A DNA stretch of 64,000 nucleotides from the NCBI GenBank assembly GCA_040217195.1, contig JAVJNR010000008.1, positions 554,940-618,939 of the forward strand, in the 5' to 3' direction. Positions 21,356 through 32,939 of this stretch are shown here, piece by piece. Position 1 is the first letter of the stretch. Each line of letters opens with the position of its first letter. The notes under the pieces were generated by a model that saw only the letters and a program-made list of their open reading frames with translations, searched no databases and was not told where the DNA came from. A program made the translations under genes and the position numbers. The stretch is from Leptospiraceae bacterium (GTDB taxonomy: Bacteria > Spirochaetota > Leptospiria > Leptospirales > Leptonemataceae).

Positions 21356-22213
21356 TCAGGCCGCTCTTTCTGCCTCCAGGGCAGGTTGAATACTGGCCTG
21401 TCCGGACTCTTTGCGGCGCGCCACTACCGCTTCGAAATATTCATCGTAATTTGGGAAGTTTGTGCCACAGACACGATCCCAGAAATTGAAATACAGGCTG
21501 AAGTTTCCATTAAAATGCGAATGATGCATATTATGATGGGTAGATGTGTTGATCCATTTCGTAATCCTGCCCTGAGTCCAGCCGGCGGGAAAGACTTCAT
21601 AGCCAGAATGCCACCAGATATTCATGATCATCGCATAGCCTACGTGGACCAGGATAATCACAGGATGCATGGGCACCAGAAATACAAACAAAGGCAGATA
21701 GATGGCTTCCAGAAACGCTTCGTATGCATTGAAAGCATACGCCGCAAAAGGACTTGGATTCGTAGAGCGATGATGAGTGAGATGGATTAGCTTGAAGAAT
21801 GGCTTTCTGTGAACCAGTCGATGCATCCAGTAAAACCAGGTTTCATGCCAGACCGTAATCGCTGCAAGACTGAATATTGCATACTCCCAGCCAAAATCGG
21901 AAAACTCTTTATACACCTGGTTCCAGCCCGCCTTTCCCATCGTAATGCTAGCTATGGCTGTTCCCACAAAAACAAGCAGAGTGACGAAAGACCATCGAAC
22001 CTCATGCCAGATCTTACTGGACTCCGGCCATTTCTGCTGGATTCGCGCTCCAATAAAACGACGACTTCCCCAGACCCATACCACCAGAAAGACCAGCCCG
22101 GCCACAGGATAGTAACGCACTACATTCATAAACAGTTGAAAGATGGCCACCTCTGCGGTACAGCTCCAGGATAATTCACAATTCAATGGATCCATTCTAT
22201 CCTCCCATTCCAT
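21356..22213 (-). CDS. sterol desaturase / fatty acid hydroxylase family protein
   Basis: His boxes YWMHRLVH, HLTHH, HHNMHH, and YFNFWDRVCGT. Confidence 0.9.
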   Translation of the reverse strand: MEWEDRMDPLNCELSWSCTAEVAIFQLFMNVVRYYPVAGLVFLVVWVWGSRRFIGARIQQKWPESSKIWHEVRWSFVTLLVFVGTAIASITMGKAGWNQVYKEFSDFGWEYAIFSLAAITVWHETWFYWMHRLVHRKPFFKLIHLTHHRSTNPSPFAAYAFNAYEAFLEAIYLPLFVFLVPMHPVIILVHVGYAMIMNIWWHSGYEVFPAGWTQGRITKWINTSTHHNMHHSHFNGNFSLYFNFWDRVCGTNFPNYDEYFEAVVARRKESGQASIQPALEAERAA

Positions 22214-22359
22214 TTCTCTGGCAGCTGAAGGAGCAGAGCCTGCAGCCCGACCAGGAATCAGTATGGAATCAGGATAGCATGGTCTTGCAGATCAGTCGTC
22301 CGGCGGTATAAATCCGGCGTAAAAATTGGGTCCAGATTTATACAATTGGTCTGCAACCG

Positions 22360-23463
22360 CTACAGGGAAGGTGGTTTCTTGCGATATTGACCGGGACTTA
22401 TCCCTGTATGTCTCTGAAATGCATCGTTAAATGTGGATTTCGAATTGAAACCCACATCGTAGGCAATGGATAGAACGGTGCGCTCCTTCTCTTCCAGAAG
22501 CATTTTGCAGGCAGCCCTGACCCGGTACTGATTTACAAAACCGGAAAAGTTCTGATTCAAATGGTGGTTGATGTACTCCGAAAGTTGATGCATGGTTATG
22601 TCCAGACGAGAGGCCAGCTCTGGTAGAGAAAGGTCCTCCTCTTTGAAAGCCTGCTCCATCTCCATAATTTTGCCCAGGCGACTTTCTAGATCCTTGACAT
22701 CAATTCCTCCCAGCCTGGTCTTTTGGTAGCGGTTCTTTTCCTTTTCTCTCTGGTAAACTACTTCCAGATCATGAAAGAACTGCGGATATCTTCTCTGAAC
22801 AAAATAAACCATGGGCCCGTTTAATGCAATTATGGATATGGAGAGTCCCAGGTAACCCAGGTGACCACTTAATAAAGCCACAAGGGCCACGGATGATCCC
22901 AGTATGGTCAATCCTGGAAAAACCAGAGAAGCTCGTATAACTCCTTCCTTCTTGAGGCTATCCAGACTGATATCAGAGGACAGGTCGCGCACAGCCCATG
23001 CCATATAGAAAATATTATGGACCAGCCCCAGAGGAAAGATCCATACACCGGGCCCGGATGGCTGCCCTCTATAAATGGCTTCAATTCGCGCCAGCTTCTC
23101 AGGTGTGCTTTCCAACAAGTTAGGAATCAATATCAGTGATACCAGAATTCCAGGAATAAAATGAAGTAGCAGTACCGACCAGGAAATTGGTCTTTGCGCC
23201 ACCCTTTCCTCCAGGAAGGCTCGAATCATTGGCCCAATAAACATCAGGACCGGCATGGTAATCTCAAAGAATGGAGCCACCAGGTGCATTCGCATGGTCA
23301 GCAATAGCCAGGCTCGAATTAGGACCATGGCGAAACCAAGAAAGACAGCGGCCAATAATATATTTCTGGACCTGATCTGAACTACAAACAGTTCCCCCAG
23401 AGAGAAGATTAATACCAGAAAGGCAAAAGCTGGAAGATAATCCAGGGGATGCAGTCCGCCCAT
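22360..23463 (-). CDS. membrane-bound AraC-family transcriptional regulator
   Basis: About 7 N-terminal TM helices plus C-terminal HTH (IAYDVGFNSKSTFNDAF...GISPGQYR). Confidence 0.9.
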   Translation of the reverse strand: MGGLHPLDYLPAFAFLVLIFSLGELFVVQIRSRNILLAAVFLGFAMVLIRAWLLLTMRMHLVAPFFEITMPVLMFIGPMIRAFLEERVAQRPISWSVLLLHFIPGILVSLILIPNLLESTPEKLARIEAIYRGQPSGPGVWIFPLGLVHNIFYMAWAVRDLSSDISLDSLKKEGVIRASLVFPGLTILGSSVALVALLSGHLGYLGLSISIIALNGPMVYFVQRRYPQFFHDLEVVYQREKEKNRYQKTRLGGIDVKDLESRLGKIMEMEQAFKEEDLSLPELASRLDITMHQLSEYINHHLNQNFSGFVNQYRVRAACKMLLEEKERTVLSIAYDVGFNSKSTFNDAFQRHTGISPGQYRKKPPSL

Positions 23464-23629
23464 GGGCAATTGCTAGAATATAGGCTTTATGAATCCAGCA
23501 GGATTTCATAATTCCTGCACCCGGGCTGTGGCTGCAGCTATCATTGTGCTGGACATCTGCTTATAGAAAGCATCCTATGATCAGGCTAATCGTCTATTAA
23601 CCGGCCTACCATAGGCCAAAAGGCTACCG

Positions 23630-26600
23630 ATGACTGAAATCATTATCTTCTTTTTAGGTACCGTTGGTACAATCCTAACTTTTGCTGCATTTTTTATCCC
23701 TATCTATCTATTATTCAAAGTCTCCTCCCTGTCCAGGCGAGTCCGGGAACTGGAAAACCAGATTTCTTCGCCAGCCGGCCAGAGCATGGTCCGGGAGCCA
23801 GAGCCGCCGACTTTTACCGCGGAGCAATCCTATTCTCGCAGAGAGCCATCAGGCGTTACGGTTATTGAACAGAGCAAACAAGATACTCCGGCTGCAGAGT
23901 CCGCCTCTGCAGCCCGCTACATGGAAAGCCAGGGAAGAAACGCAACAGCCATCCCAACCAGTCCTCAGGAAAGAGAAGTAGAATCGCCAGCAGTTCCCCC
24001 TCCTCCCACGGCATTTGAGCTGGGCTGGAAAAAGCTGGAGGCTGCACTGGCTGAAAATTGGACCGGAATCCTGGGTACCATTATACTCGTAGTTGGCGTT
24101 GCCTTTCTGGGTGTGTATGCAGCACTCAAAATGGGACCGTTCTTACGCTTCCTGATGGTTCTGGGCATTGCAGCAGGACTGTTCGCAGCATCCGTCTATC
24201 TGGCCAGGAAAGAACACTGGAGACCCCTGGCCGTATGGATTCGTAGCGGATCGGGAGCCATCCTGCTTCTGGCCTGTCTGGGATCCGCTCTTTTCCCTGC
24301 CATGCGATGGGTTCATGATGAGAACCTGGCTCTTCTACTGATTTTGTTTGGAGTAGGCGCAAACCTGGCCCTGGCCTGGTGGTCTTCCGTTCAAACGGTG
24401 GCCTCAATTCATACGGCAATCAGTATACTTGCACTCTTGATCCTTCCAAAAAGTCCTCTTTTATACTCCATCATCGCAGGAATCAGTATTTTCAGTACAT
24501 ACCTTTCCTATCGGGCCAGATGGGAATTCCATTTGCTACAGGCAGTATCCGTTTTCTTTCTTGCGAACCTGGTTTATGGAATGCATTACGGGGCTCCAAA
24601 CAACGAAATCCACGGTGGAATTCGCTGGATTGGACTGTTTTCTACCGGTGCAGTATCGGTACTTGCATTACTACTGCATTATCGTTCTCGTTATGGAAAT
24701 AAATCCTTCGAACGATGGCCTTTCATTTCGCATATAGTCACCTGGGCTACAGCGGCTCTTGGATTTGCACTCTACAGTAGTGGGTCCAGGATCAATACCA
24801 TCGTTCTATTTTCAGTGGCTCTGGCTGTTTACCTGCATGCGCGCAGGGCGAGGAATTCCAAAATTCGCTGGCTGTATCATACAGACTCCATAATGGCATT
24901 GCTGATTAGCCTTCTTGGTGCATTAACTTTGCAAAGATGGGAATGGGACCTGCTGGCTTCAGGACTGGTATGCACAGCACTGATGCTTGCATTCTCGGTG
25001 GCCGCCAGCATGGAAAGAGAAACTCTATTAAAGGGAGTCGGTGTTATTCTACTTCACATCGCCTGGGTTTTTCTCTCGGTTATCTTTTTCGCAGAGCTAA
25101 CTTCCCATCGATTGTGGTATCAATCCGGTATACTGCTTGCCTCCCTTATTCTCTCTCTGGCCTATATCTGGTTTGACAGGCATAGAATTAATGAAGAGGA
25201 GCGACTGGATGCATCCCTGGGATTATCCGCTGGAAGTCCGTTATCTTTTTCGGGAGTGTTTTCGGGCATTTTCGTTCTGCTTCTTGCCATTACGCTTCGT
25301 AACGTAGAGAATGCAGAGTATTACATCTCCGGCCTGTCTCTGGCTCTACTCTTTAGCCTGCATGGATTCAAGCTAAATCAGCTCTCTTCAGCAGTACTAC
25401 CGGTTTTATTTGGATTACATTTCCTGGTATTCTATCGAGCCTATGACCAGTCTCCAGGGTTGCAGGTCTTTACCGATGCCCCACTGCTCATCTTATTTCT
25501 GGCAGGCATTCTTCTGGCACCCATGAATATTCCTGGCAAGCAACCATGGGTTCAAAGCAGGTTATTCGCAGTGCTTCTGATCATTCACGTAATCGCATTG
25601 ACCTATATTCTGTCCAGTCCCCATTCCAGTCTTCTACCGGGAGTACTGTGGCTATCTCTTTCCATCGCTTTTCTGGAAATCGATCGCTGGTCTGTGTCCG
25701 GAAAATCAAAACTACTCTCTGGAATCCAGCTTGCCCGGCCAGTGTGGTTTCTGGGCGCCCTATCCATGGTACTTCTGTTTTTAATTTCGCATCTATTCGT
25801 GCATCTTCAGAGCGAAACCCTTCTGGGGCCTATTAGAGCCAGGCTCTTGATTCAGATCTACGCCATATCTGTATTTCTATACTGGGCCATGACCGGCCCT
25901 CTGGTTCAGAAATCCGATACTGGCATCCTTTCCAGGTTCGCAACGGTCTTCTGGGAGCTGGTAATCCTGTTTTTATCTATGGCTGTAGCCCTGGAAATGG
26001 GGCCGGTCTGGCTGCCTGTAATCTGGATCCTTCTGGCCGGGCTACTACGTTATTCTATAGTCTGGAGCATCATTCCAGGCCGATTCGAGATCTATTCAAT
26101 ATTCTTTTTCTGGGCCTCGGTCATCCATACAGCGGTTGTTTCGAGCACTTATGCAACTCCTTCGAATTTCCTGGCAGACCAGGCATGGTTTGGCGGACTG
26201 ATTGCAGTTGCCGGGCAACTAATCTATCTGCTCCTGCAGTATTCTCCATATCTGGGGCATAGAGAGCGCAATACGCCGATTGACTGGCTGAGCCAGAGAT
26301 TCCAGCGCTTCCAGACCGTAGCGGACCGAAAGGAGCTTTCGATTTTCTATCCACTGTTTCTGTCTGTTGCTCTATTTCTATTCTGGAGCTTCGATAGTTC
26401 ATTGCTCACCCTGTTCTGGATGATTGAAGTATTTGTTGTATTTATCATTGGACTTCGACTGAACCAGGACCACTTCCGATATGTTGCACAGATTGCCATG
26501 GTAATCTGCTTAATTCGTCTGATATTTTTTGATTTGAGCCAGTCCAGCGTCGCAATGCAAGCGTTTGTATTTCTGGGAGTTGGTGGTATCATGATTCTAA

Positions 26601-26656
26601 TGAATGTAATCTACCGTAGATTTCGCTCGAATCAGAGCCCCTCTGATAAAACCTAG
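23630..26656 (+). CDS. DUF2339-like large polytopic membrane protein
   Basis: N-terminal TM plus Pro-rich linker, E..LAENWTG.LG motif, more than 20 hydrophobic segments. Confidence 0.75.
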   Translation: MTEIIIFFLGTVGTILTFAAFFIPIYLLFKVSSLSRRVRELENQISSPAGQSMVREPEPPTFTAEQSYSRREPSGVTVIEQSKQDTPAAESASAARYMESQGRNATAIPTSPQEREVESPAVPPPPTAFELGWKKLEAALAENWTGILGTIILVVGVAFLGVYAALKMGPFLRFLMVLGIAAGLFAASVYLARKEHWRPLAVWIRSGSGAILLLACLGSALFPAMRWVHDENLALLLILFGVGANLALAWWSSVQTVASIHTAISILALLILPKSPLLYSIIAGISIFSTYLSYRARWEFHLLQAVSVFFLANLVYGMHYGAPNNEIHGGIRWIGLFSTGAVSVLALLLHYRSRYGNKSFERWPFISHIVTWATAALGFALYSSGSRINTIVLFSVALAVYLHARRARNSKIRWLYHTDSIMALLISLLGALTLQRWEWDLLASGLVCTALMLAFSVAASMERETLLKGVGVILLHIAWVFLSVIFFAELTSHRLWYQSGILLASLILSLAYIWFDRHRINEEERLDASLGLSAGSPLSFSGVFSGIFVLLLAITLRNVENAEYYISGLSLALLFSLHGFKLNQLSSAVLPVLFGLHFLVFYRAYDQSPGLQVFTDAPLLILFLAGILLAPMNIPGKQPWVQSRLFAVLLIIHVIALTYILSSPHSSLLPGVLWLSLSIAFLEIDRWSVSGKSKLLSGIQLARPVWFLGALSMVLLFLISHLFVHLQSETLLGPIRARLLIQIYAISVFLYWAMTGPLVQKSDTGILSRFATVFWELVILFLSMAVALEMGPVWLPVIWILLAGLLRYSIVWSIIPGRFEIYSIFFFWASVIHTAVVSSTYATPSNFLADQAWFGGLIAVAGQLIYLLLQYSPYLGHRERNTPIDWLSQRFQRFQTVADRKELSIFYPLFLSVALFLFWSFDSSLLTLFWMIEVFVVFIIGLRLNQDHFRYVAQIAMVICLIRLIFFDLSQSSVAMQAFVFLGVGGIMILMNVIYRRFRSNQSPSDKT

Positions 26657-26688
26657 CCATTCGCTGTTCTAAAATTGGAGATTCTTTT

Positions 26689-27579
26689 ATGCCAGTACGC
26701 TTCTTTGCCTTTATCGCAATCCTGGTTTCAGGAATATTTTTATCTGCCGGGCTATTCTTCACCAGAGAAAGACAGCTTCCTCCCACAGCAGCGCCACTGT
26801 TTGAGTTACTGGGTAAGCCTCTGAAAACCGCTGACGTGGCGCTTACTCGTATACTCCCCATCAATGAAGTTGACGAAGCGGAACTGGGAAATGCCATCGC
26901 TCTGCGCTATGAGGCCTACAGAGATCCAGATAATCCAGACCAGAAATACCTGGAAAGCCTGGTACGTAGCCTTTCGCAGAACAATGAAAAAGGCTTCAAC
27001 TACAGAGTCTTTATTCTACCCTATAGCTCTCCCAATGCCGCTGCAGCTCCAGGAGGAGTCTTGTTCGTAACCAGTGGATTGCTGGAACTGGTAGAAACTG
27101 AGTCAGAGCTGGTCTCTGTACTCGGTCATGAAATTGGACATGTGGAACTATCCCATTGCATGGACATGGTTCGATTTCAACTGCTGGCACAGAAAATAGA
27201 GGCACGCCCTCTGGGCGAAATCGCTGACCTGTCTGTTGGCATACTGCTTCGACCTTCTTTCAGTAAGACCCAGGAAGGGGATGCAGACCTTTACGGATAT
27301 CAGATGCTAATTCGAGAAAACTATAATCCCTTTGGTATGGCCAATGCATTTGATAAGCTAGCTTCCCTGAATCCGGATGAAATGGAAGAATCCAACCCAT
27401 TGAAAGAATACTTTAGAAGTCATCCCTATTCCAGGCTTCGAGCCGAGAGGTTCCGGGCAGAGGCCAGAAGTTCCGAAGTGGAACGGTATTACATTGGAAA
27501 GAAAAACCTTCAGGAAAGGTTAAGCAGGTACGAAACTGAATATCCGGAGGAATGGGAAGGAGAAAAAGAAGTAGATTGA
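26689..27579 (+). CDS. M48-family zinc metallopeptidase
   Basis: NAAAAPGG, VLGHEIGH, E.DAD, SHP. Confidence 0.9.
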   Translation: MPVRFFAFIAILVSGIFLSAGLFFTRERQLPPTAAPLFELLGKPLKTADVALTRILPINEVDEAELGNAIALRYEAYRDPDNPDQKYLESLVRSLSQNNEKGFNYRVFILPYSSPNAAAAPGGVLFVTSGLLELVETESELVSVLGHEIGHVELSHCMDMVRFQLLAQKIEARPLGEIADLSVGILLRPSFSKTQEGDADLYGYQMLIRENYNPFGMANAFDKLASLNPDEMEESNPLKEYFRSHPYSRLRAERFRAEARSSEVERYYIGKKNLQERLSRYETEYPEEWEGEKEVD

Positions 27580-27600
27580 ATCTGCTTCTTCATTCGCTGA

Positions 27601-28389
27601 CTATTTCTTCGCTTTTTTCAATTCGGCAATGTGGGCCTGGCATCGTTTCATGTTTTCTTCCATGGCCTTCTGCACCCGATTCTTTTGCTCTTCAAATTCG
27701 ATTTCGTTAAGTTTCCCTGGAACATAGATGGGCTCACCATAGGAAACCACAACTCGAGTGAATGGCTTGGGTACACGATGCTTATCCCAGGCTTTCTCTG
27801 CAATCCATTGACGTACCCCTTCATAGTGGAATGGAACGATAGGCTTTCCGGACATCATGGCAGCCATTATTAAGCCACTCTGAACCTGAAAGGCCGGACC
27901 TCGGGGCCCATCTGGAGTGATGGCAGCCGGCTGTCCTTTCTTCAGGGCTACCACGCAATTCTTCAGCGCGCGCATGCCCCCTTTACTTGTGGATCCTCGA
28001 ATGGCGAAATTCCCGAATTTTCTTACTACTTTTGTGATCATTTCCCCATCTTTGGAGTCACTGATCATTACATTGGCTTTCATTCCCCGGTTCAAATAGG
28101 GAGAGAATAGTACATTCGTATGCCAGATTCCATAGATCCAGGCCTTTCCGCTTTTATGGATTTCATTAAATGGCTGGCGCCCAATGTCAATCCTGCGCCA
28201 GGTGAGTCCCCACAGCCGCTGCAGATTTACAACAATGAATGGTAGAATCCAGACCTTAAGACCTCGCTTGGCCGCACCGTCAGGCTTCTCCATCTTTTCT
28301 GGTTTAACCGCGCCTTCCTGCCCTGACTCAGGCTCTAAAGCCTGCGCACTGGATACAGCAACGGACTGGTCTCTGGTCTTTTCTCCCAT
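27601..28389 (-). CDS. DUF374 / lysophospholipid acyltransferase family protein
   Basis: IWH, MISDSKDGE, RGSTSKGG, ITPDGPRGP, WDKHRVPKPF. Start is uncertain (ORF open to 28521). Confidence 0.85.
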   Translation of the reverse strand: MGEKTRDQSVAVSSAQALEPESGQEGAVKPEKMEKPDGAAKRGLKVWILPFIVVNLQRLWGLTWRRIDIGRQPFNEIHKSGKAWIYGIWHTNVLFSPYLNRGMKANVMISDSKDGEMITKVVRKFGNFAIRGSTSKGGMRALKNCVVALKKGQPAAITPDGPRGPAFQVQSGLIMAAMMSGKPIVPFHYEGVRQWIAEKAWDKHRVPKPFTRVVVSYGEPIYVPGKLNEIEFEEQKNRVQKAMEENMKRCQAHIAELKKAKK

Positions 28390-28582
28390 GACACATGGGA
28401 AAAAAATGCCACTTTCGTGCAAACCACAATTCCCTTGCTTCTGTTCTACACGGAGATCCAGAGCCGCACCCGCTTGAATCCAAATTCTTCCTCGCACAGA
28501 AATAGATGGAATCATTTCCATTTTGGAAACAATACCCTGGTTCCGATTGCAATTTTATGCCCGAAGATTTTCCTGACCCTCA

Positions 28583-28900
28583 ATGTTGATCTGTCGACCT
28601 TCTCTTTGTTTTAGTCTGGCTCTTCTAATTGTGCCTCTGAGTTGCGATACATCGAACGATGACTCGGTCCAGATAGAAAACCAGGACATGCGTACCGTTA
28701 CTGCGGCCAGCGGACTCGTACTGCGCGAAAAACCCAACACTACGTCCACGAAACTCGCACTGATACCTGAGGGAACGAAAGTTCAGGTGCTGGAGGAGAA
28801 ATCCGAATCGGAGCAGATCGGAAATGTCACCGGCAAATGGACACGAATCAATCACAATGGAATCAGAGGCTGGGTTTTCGGAGCCTATCTGGAGCAGTAG
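28583..28900 (+). CDS. SH3b-domain lipoprotein
   Basis: Lipobox PLSC; GLVLREKP...W......GWVFGAYL. Confidence 0.82.
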   Translation: MLICRPSLCFSLALLIVPLSCDTSNDDSVQIENQDMRTVTAASGLVLREKPNTTSTKLALIPEGTKVQVLEEKSESEQIGNVTGKWTRINHNGIRGWVFGAYLEQ

Positions 28901-28978
28901 ATTTCCAGTCCCACGGGTCCGGGTTCCAGGCCATTGATTTAGATCGCTTACTTCGCCCGCATAATATCTCAGGGCGCC

Positions 28979-31660
28979 TCACTGAGTAAAAGTGGTATCG
29001 CTAAGCAGAAAGAAATCCACATGACCGTTCATGGGAACACCAGGAATACGAATCTGGTTTCCCACGCCCATTGTTCGCAGCTGCTGGTAGGTAAATAACA
29101 TCAGAGCATTCTCTTGTACATAGCGATCCAATTCTTTAAGAGCCTTTTCATGCTCCGCCGGATCTGCCTTCTTCATGGCAGCTTCGTATACGGAATCGTA
29201 GTCCGGATCGCTTAGAAGAGAGAACAATCCAGCAGAGGATAGAAAAAGCCCTGCATGAAAGGCCATGGTATAAACCGGATTGTCCACCATGTTGAATGCA
29301 ATGTCGCCTTCGTATGGATTGCCCATGACTTTACCCACAACAACCCTTTCGGCCCATTTAGGACGGGAGACCACTTCAAGCTCCAATTCCACTGAAATTG
29401 TGGCAAGTTGCTCTTTTACAGTCCGGGCAACGTGCTCGGCAACGTCCGAGGTAATCGCTCTGAGACTAAAACCCTGCTCATATCCAGCCTCTTTCATCAG
29501 CTTTCGCGCCTTTCGCAGATCGTAGTCATACGGCTTTAGCTGATCATTGGCTCCAAAGGAACCCTTCAATCCCAGAGAGGACAGTGGCTCTCCATTTCCA
29601 TTCTCTGCGCTCTGAATTAAGGCTTTTCGGTCGATGGCAAAATTCAGGGCCTGGCGGATACGAACATCAGCAAGCGCTCCCTGATTTTTTAAGAATACCC
29701 AGGGACTTTGCAATACCAGTCGTTTCTGAATATTTGCCACATCGGAACTTGCCAGAAGGTTTTCTTTACTTCCGGACAGATAGGGAACCAGATCCACCTC
29801 ACCGGCCAGTAAGCGATCGGCCCATCGACGCTCGGGCAGAATTTTGATCTCCAGCTCCTGGGCGGCGGGAAAACCCTTTCTCCAGTAGCGGGCATTTCGC
29901 TTAAGCCTGTATCTTTGCCCGGGTTCATGATCAATAAATTCAAAAGGACCGGTGCCCACTGGATGTTTTAAAGCTTTTTCCAGGCCGACCTTCTTAACGT
30001 AGCGGCTGGAGCTAATCAATCCAAACATGGTAAGACGGTTCAAGATCATTCCATCTGGCTCTTGTGTGCGAATGATTACTGTGCGGGGATCCTTTATTTC
30101 CACGGACTGGATAGTAGACATGATCCATCCAGTACCGCTTCCGGTGGTCGGATCCAGGATGGTATCCAGAGTAAATTTTACATCGCTTGCATCGAATGGA
30201 CTACCGTCATGAAACCTCACTCCAGAGCGTAATCTGAACTCATAGGATCTATCATCCAATTGCTTCCAGGAAGTGGCCAGTCCAGGTACCATATTTCCAT
30301 CCAGATCGTTGTGAATCAGACTGTCATAAATTTGACTCTTAAGCGAATAAGAGTCAGGATCAAAGGATGGACTGAGGGTGCTCAATGCCGGGACATCTCC
30401 AGAGAACATTGTAACTGAAAGAGTATTCTTCTTTCTTTCCTTCGTACGCTTTCGTTCCGAAATTCGAACTACATCTCCTTTTGTCTTTTGAACAATATCT
30501 TTTAGCTCCTCGCTATTTACTGAAACCTTGTGAACTGATTCCGAAGCCTCCAGCGATAATTGATATGATTTATCCAGTCTGGATATTATATCTTTGATAC
30601 TGAGTGCCTGCTCATCGGAAAGGTCCTTAATATTTGCACCACCGGAAGCAATACTGTGCACTGCACTGGTGATCTCTTCCATAGTGCTGGCATGATGGCC
30701 CATGGCACCGGAAATGTGTTCAATTCTATCCCGAGTTGTATGAACGGATTGCGCAATTGTTCCCAGAGTCTCCACCATTTCCTTCGCACTTTCCACGGCG
30801 GATCCAACATCAGATGAGGCATTGTTTACTTCTGCGGAGAGATTGTTCATCTCCTTTCGAGTGCCCTGGATCAATTGATGAATGGCCCGGGTGGAATCCT
30901 GGGATTTCTCGGCCAGCTTCTTAACTTCATCAGCAACCACGGCAAAGCCCCTACCAGCATCACCCGCTCGGGCTGCTTCAATAGCAGCGTTAAGGCTCAA
31001 AAGATTAGTCTGCTCGGAGATATCATCTATGACTTTCGTAATCTGTCCCACTTCCTCAATGGACTGACCGAGCTTACGAATCTGTTTCTGAATGCTTTCG
31101 AATACAGCAGTAATGGAGGCAACATTCTGGCGGTTGCGCTCCATAAGTTCACCGCCCCGAGCGGCCCTTTCGCTCATGGTACGCGCCGCCTCGGATGTTT
31201 CGGTAGCGTTGCGAACAACTTCCTGAATGGTTTCCGATACGGACTGAATTGCAGTGGATGTTTCTTCTGTGGACCCGGTCTGATCCCCAACCTGATCCAC
31301 CGCTTTTTGGGCCAGATCATTTAGGCCGCCCAGTCTCTCCTGAACTTCCATTACACTGTTAATCTGATGGTTCACGGCTTCCTGAATAATACTCACATCA
31401 TCGGCAAGGTTAATAACGTATGTTTCCAGCCGTTGAGCTGTGGTTCTTAAATCTCTTACACGATGCAGGTTACGGCGCTCATCGCCGCGAAAACGTTGAA
31501 GAAGAAATACTATGGACAGAAAGAATAACCCAATGGCTGTGCTTTTGAGGAGCAGCCATTGCCAGCCAGGAAGCCATCCCGGTTCTATGTACCATCCAAT
31601 ATCTACGACCATCCCGGTAGCTGCAATTAGGCCCGCCAGAATGTAATGCTTAACCCTCAT
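28979..31660 (-). CDS. methyl-accepting chemotaxis protein fused to C-terminal family-5 solute-binding domain
   Basis: Two N-terminal TMs; [30 protein letters not shown]; then [39 protein letters not shown]. Confidence 0.9.
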   Translation of the reverse strand: MRVKHYILAGLIAATGMVVDIGWYIEPGWLPGWQWLLLKSTAIGLFFLSIVFLLQRFRGDERRNLHRVRDLRTTAQRLETYVINLADDVSIIQEAVNHQINSVMEVQERLGGLNDLAQKAVDQVGDQTGSTEETSTAIQSVSETIQEVVRNATETSEAARTMSERAARGGELMERNRQNVASITAVFESIQKQIRKLGQSIEEVGQITKVIDDISEQTNLLSLNAAIEAARAGDAGRGFAVVADEVKKLAEKSQDSTRAIHQLIQGTRKEMNNLSAEVNNASSDVGSAVESAKEMVETLGTIAQSVHTTRDRIEHISGAMGHHASTMEEITSAVHSIASGGANIKDLSDEQALSIKDIISRLDKSYQLSLEASESVHKVSVNSEELKDIVQKTKGDVVRISERKRTKERKKNTLSVTMFSGDVPALSTLSPSFDPDSYSLKSQIYDSLIHNDLDGNMVPGLATSWKQLDDRSYEFRLRSGVRFHDGSPFDASDVKFTLDTILDPTTGSGTGWIMSTIQSVEIKDPRTVIIRTQEPDGMILNRLTMFGLISSSRYVKKVGLEKALKHPVGTGPFEFIDHEPGQRYRLKRNARYWRKGFPAAQELEIKILPERRWADRLLAGEVDLVPYLSGSKENLLASSDVANIQKRLVLQSPWVFLKNQGALADVRIRQALNFAIDRKALIQSAENGNGEPLSSLGLKGSFGANDQLKPYDYDLRKARKLMKEAGYEQGFSLRAITSDVAEHVARTVKEQLATISVELELEVVSRPKWAERVVVGKVMGNPYEGDIAFNMVDNPVYTMAFHAGLFLSSAGLFSLLSDPDYDSVYEAAMKKADPAEHEKALKELDRYVQENALMLFTYQQLRTMGVGNQIRIPGVPMNGHVDFFLLSDTTFTQ

Positions 31661-32317
31661 ACCCTCTCCCTTCAGAACTTCAGGACCTGAATTATTAGTC
31701 CGGAAAGGAAATGCGTCAAGATTCTTTTGTCCAGGGTACTAAAAACCTAAAGAAAACGTCCTAGATTATACCAGTAGAAACTAGGAGGGAACCTACAGAC
31801 AGTTCATGTCCGTACTCTCCGGGTTAAGGTTTGCCAAGGCGTATTTACATTGAGTATGAATCTCAAAGATTTCTATTGGCTGTATGCTAGTAACAGGAGG
31901 GCTGGATCATGACAGGCAGTACTGCCGATTTCCCTCCGTGCCCGCAACTATGGGCCCGGAATACAGGTTTCAATCTCTCACAGAATGACAGTCCACGCAA
32001 ACGGCAACTTGGTTGGCAAGGTATCGACCTCGCTCTATGGATTCCGAGCTATTGTTAGCTTCAAAGTCCGGATAACCCTCTCAGGGTAAGTCCAAAAACA
32101 GATAGAGAAGCAGTGCACAAATTCAAGCAATGAAAAGGAAAACCATACCCGCGTCTAGCTTCTTCATGCAAACAGGCATCCCGGATATGAAATTCGGTCA
32201 ACTGAGAACCATTGGGACCTGGAGTTCTGGAAGCGAAAATTATGAAGCGAGCATTTGGTAGTTCCGAAAAGGGGCAGACCCTTCCAGTCAAAGCCCCTTC
32301 CCCGCTTGACTATTCGC

Positions 32318-32806
32318 TTAATTCAATCCCTTTAGTTTGGGCAAAAATTGCTTAAGTGCTTCCTTTTCAACCTTTGGTCCGGAATAGTCTTCCATTGCAT
32401 CCAGATCGAAAGTTAAAATAAAATCCCGGAGAACTTCAGTCTTTCGATAGGCAGGGGCTTTACTATCTCCTATCAAGCGAATCTCAAATCGATTACCAAC
32501 CAGCATCCAAATATGCATATCCTTCGCCACTTTCGCAGGATACGGAAGCAATTCCGGGGCGGAACGACCGTTGTAACTATCGATGGTCTTTTGATCGTCT
32601 ACCTGATCAAATAATTGAAACCAGATCACCCTTTTATCGGTCCCTGCTTCCATTACATCTGCCTGTAAAAAGCCATAAGCCGATACTCGACCATACTCCA
32701 GGTCGTCCAGATCTATACTACCAGATCCTCCACCTGAAGTGCTACATCCCAGGGACAACAGCAATACTAGTAGTAAATACCCCGCTCTTTTCATGAATTC
32801 TGGCAT
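32318..32806 (-). CDS. hypothetical lipoprotein
   Basis: Leader MKRAGYLLLVLLLSLGC; CAGGAG RBS before ATG 32806. Confidence 0.7.
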   Translation of the reverse strand: MPEFMKRAGYLLLVLLLSLGCSTSGGGSGSIDLDDLEYGRVSAYGFLQADVMEAGTDKRVIWFQLFDQVDDQKTIDSYNGRSAPELLPYPAKVAKDMHIWMLVGNRFEIRLIGDSKAPAYRKTEVLRDFILTFDLDAMEDYSGPKVEKEALKQFLPKLKGLN

Positions 32807-32939
32807 TTCGTTCTCCTGATTTAAACTGGTCTGAAATTCCTTCCAAGGGCATTCTCTGGCAAGGGAAAATCTAAATTTGTGCGATGAGGTGCGACTGGGC
32901 GCACCGATTGCTAGATGCTTGCGAAATACCATAACCAAT

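Noticed and set aside
22295..22350. Possible AraC binding repeats (GTCC...TATA) upstream of the desaturase
   Set aside because: Too degenerate to support without comparative data.
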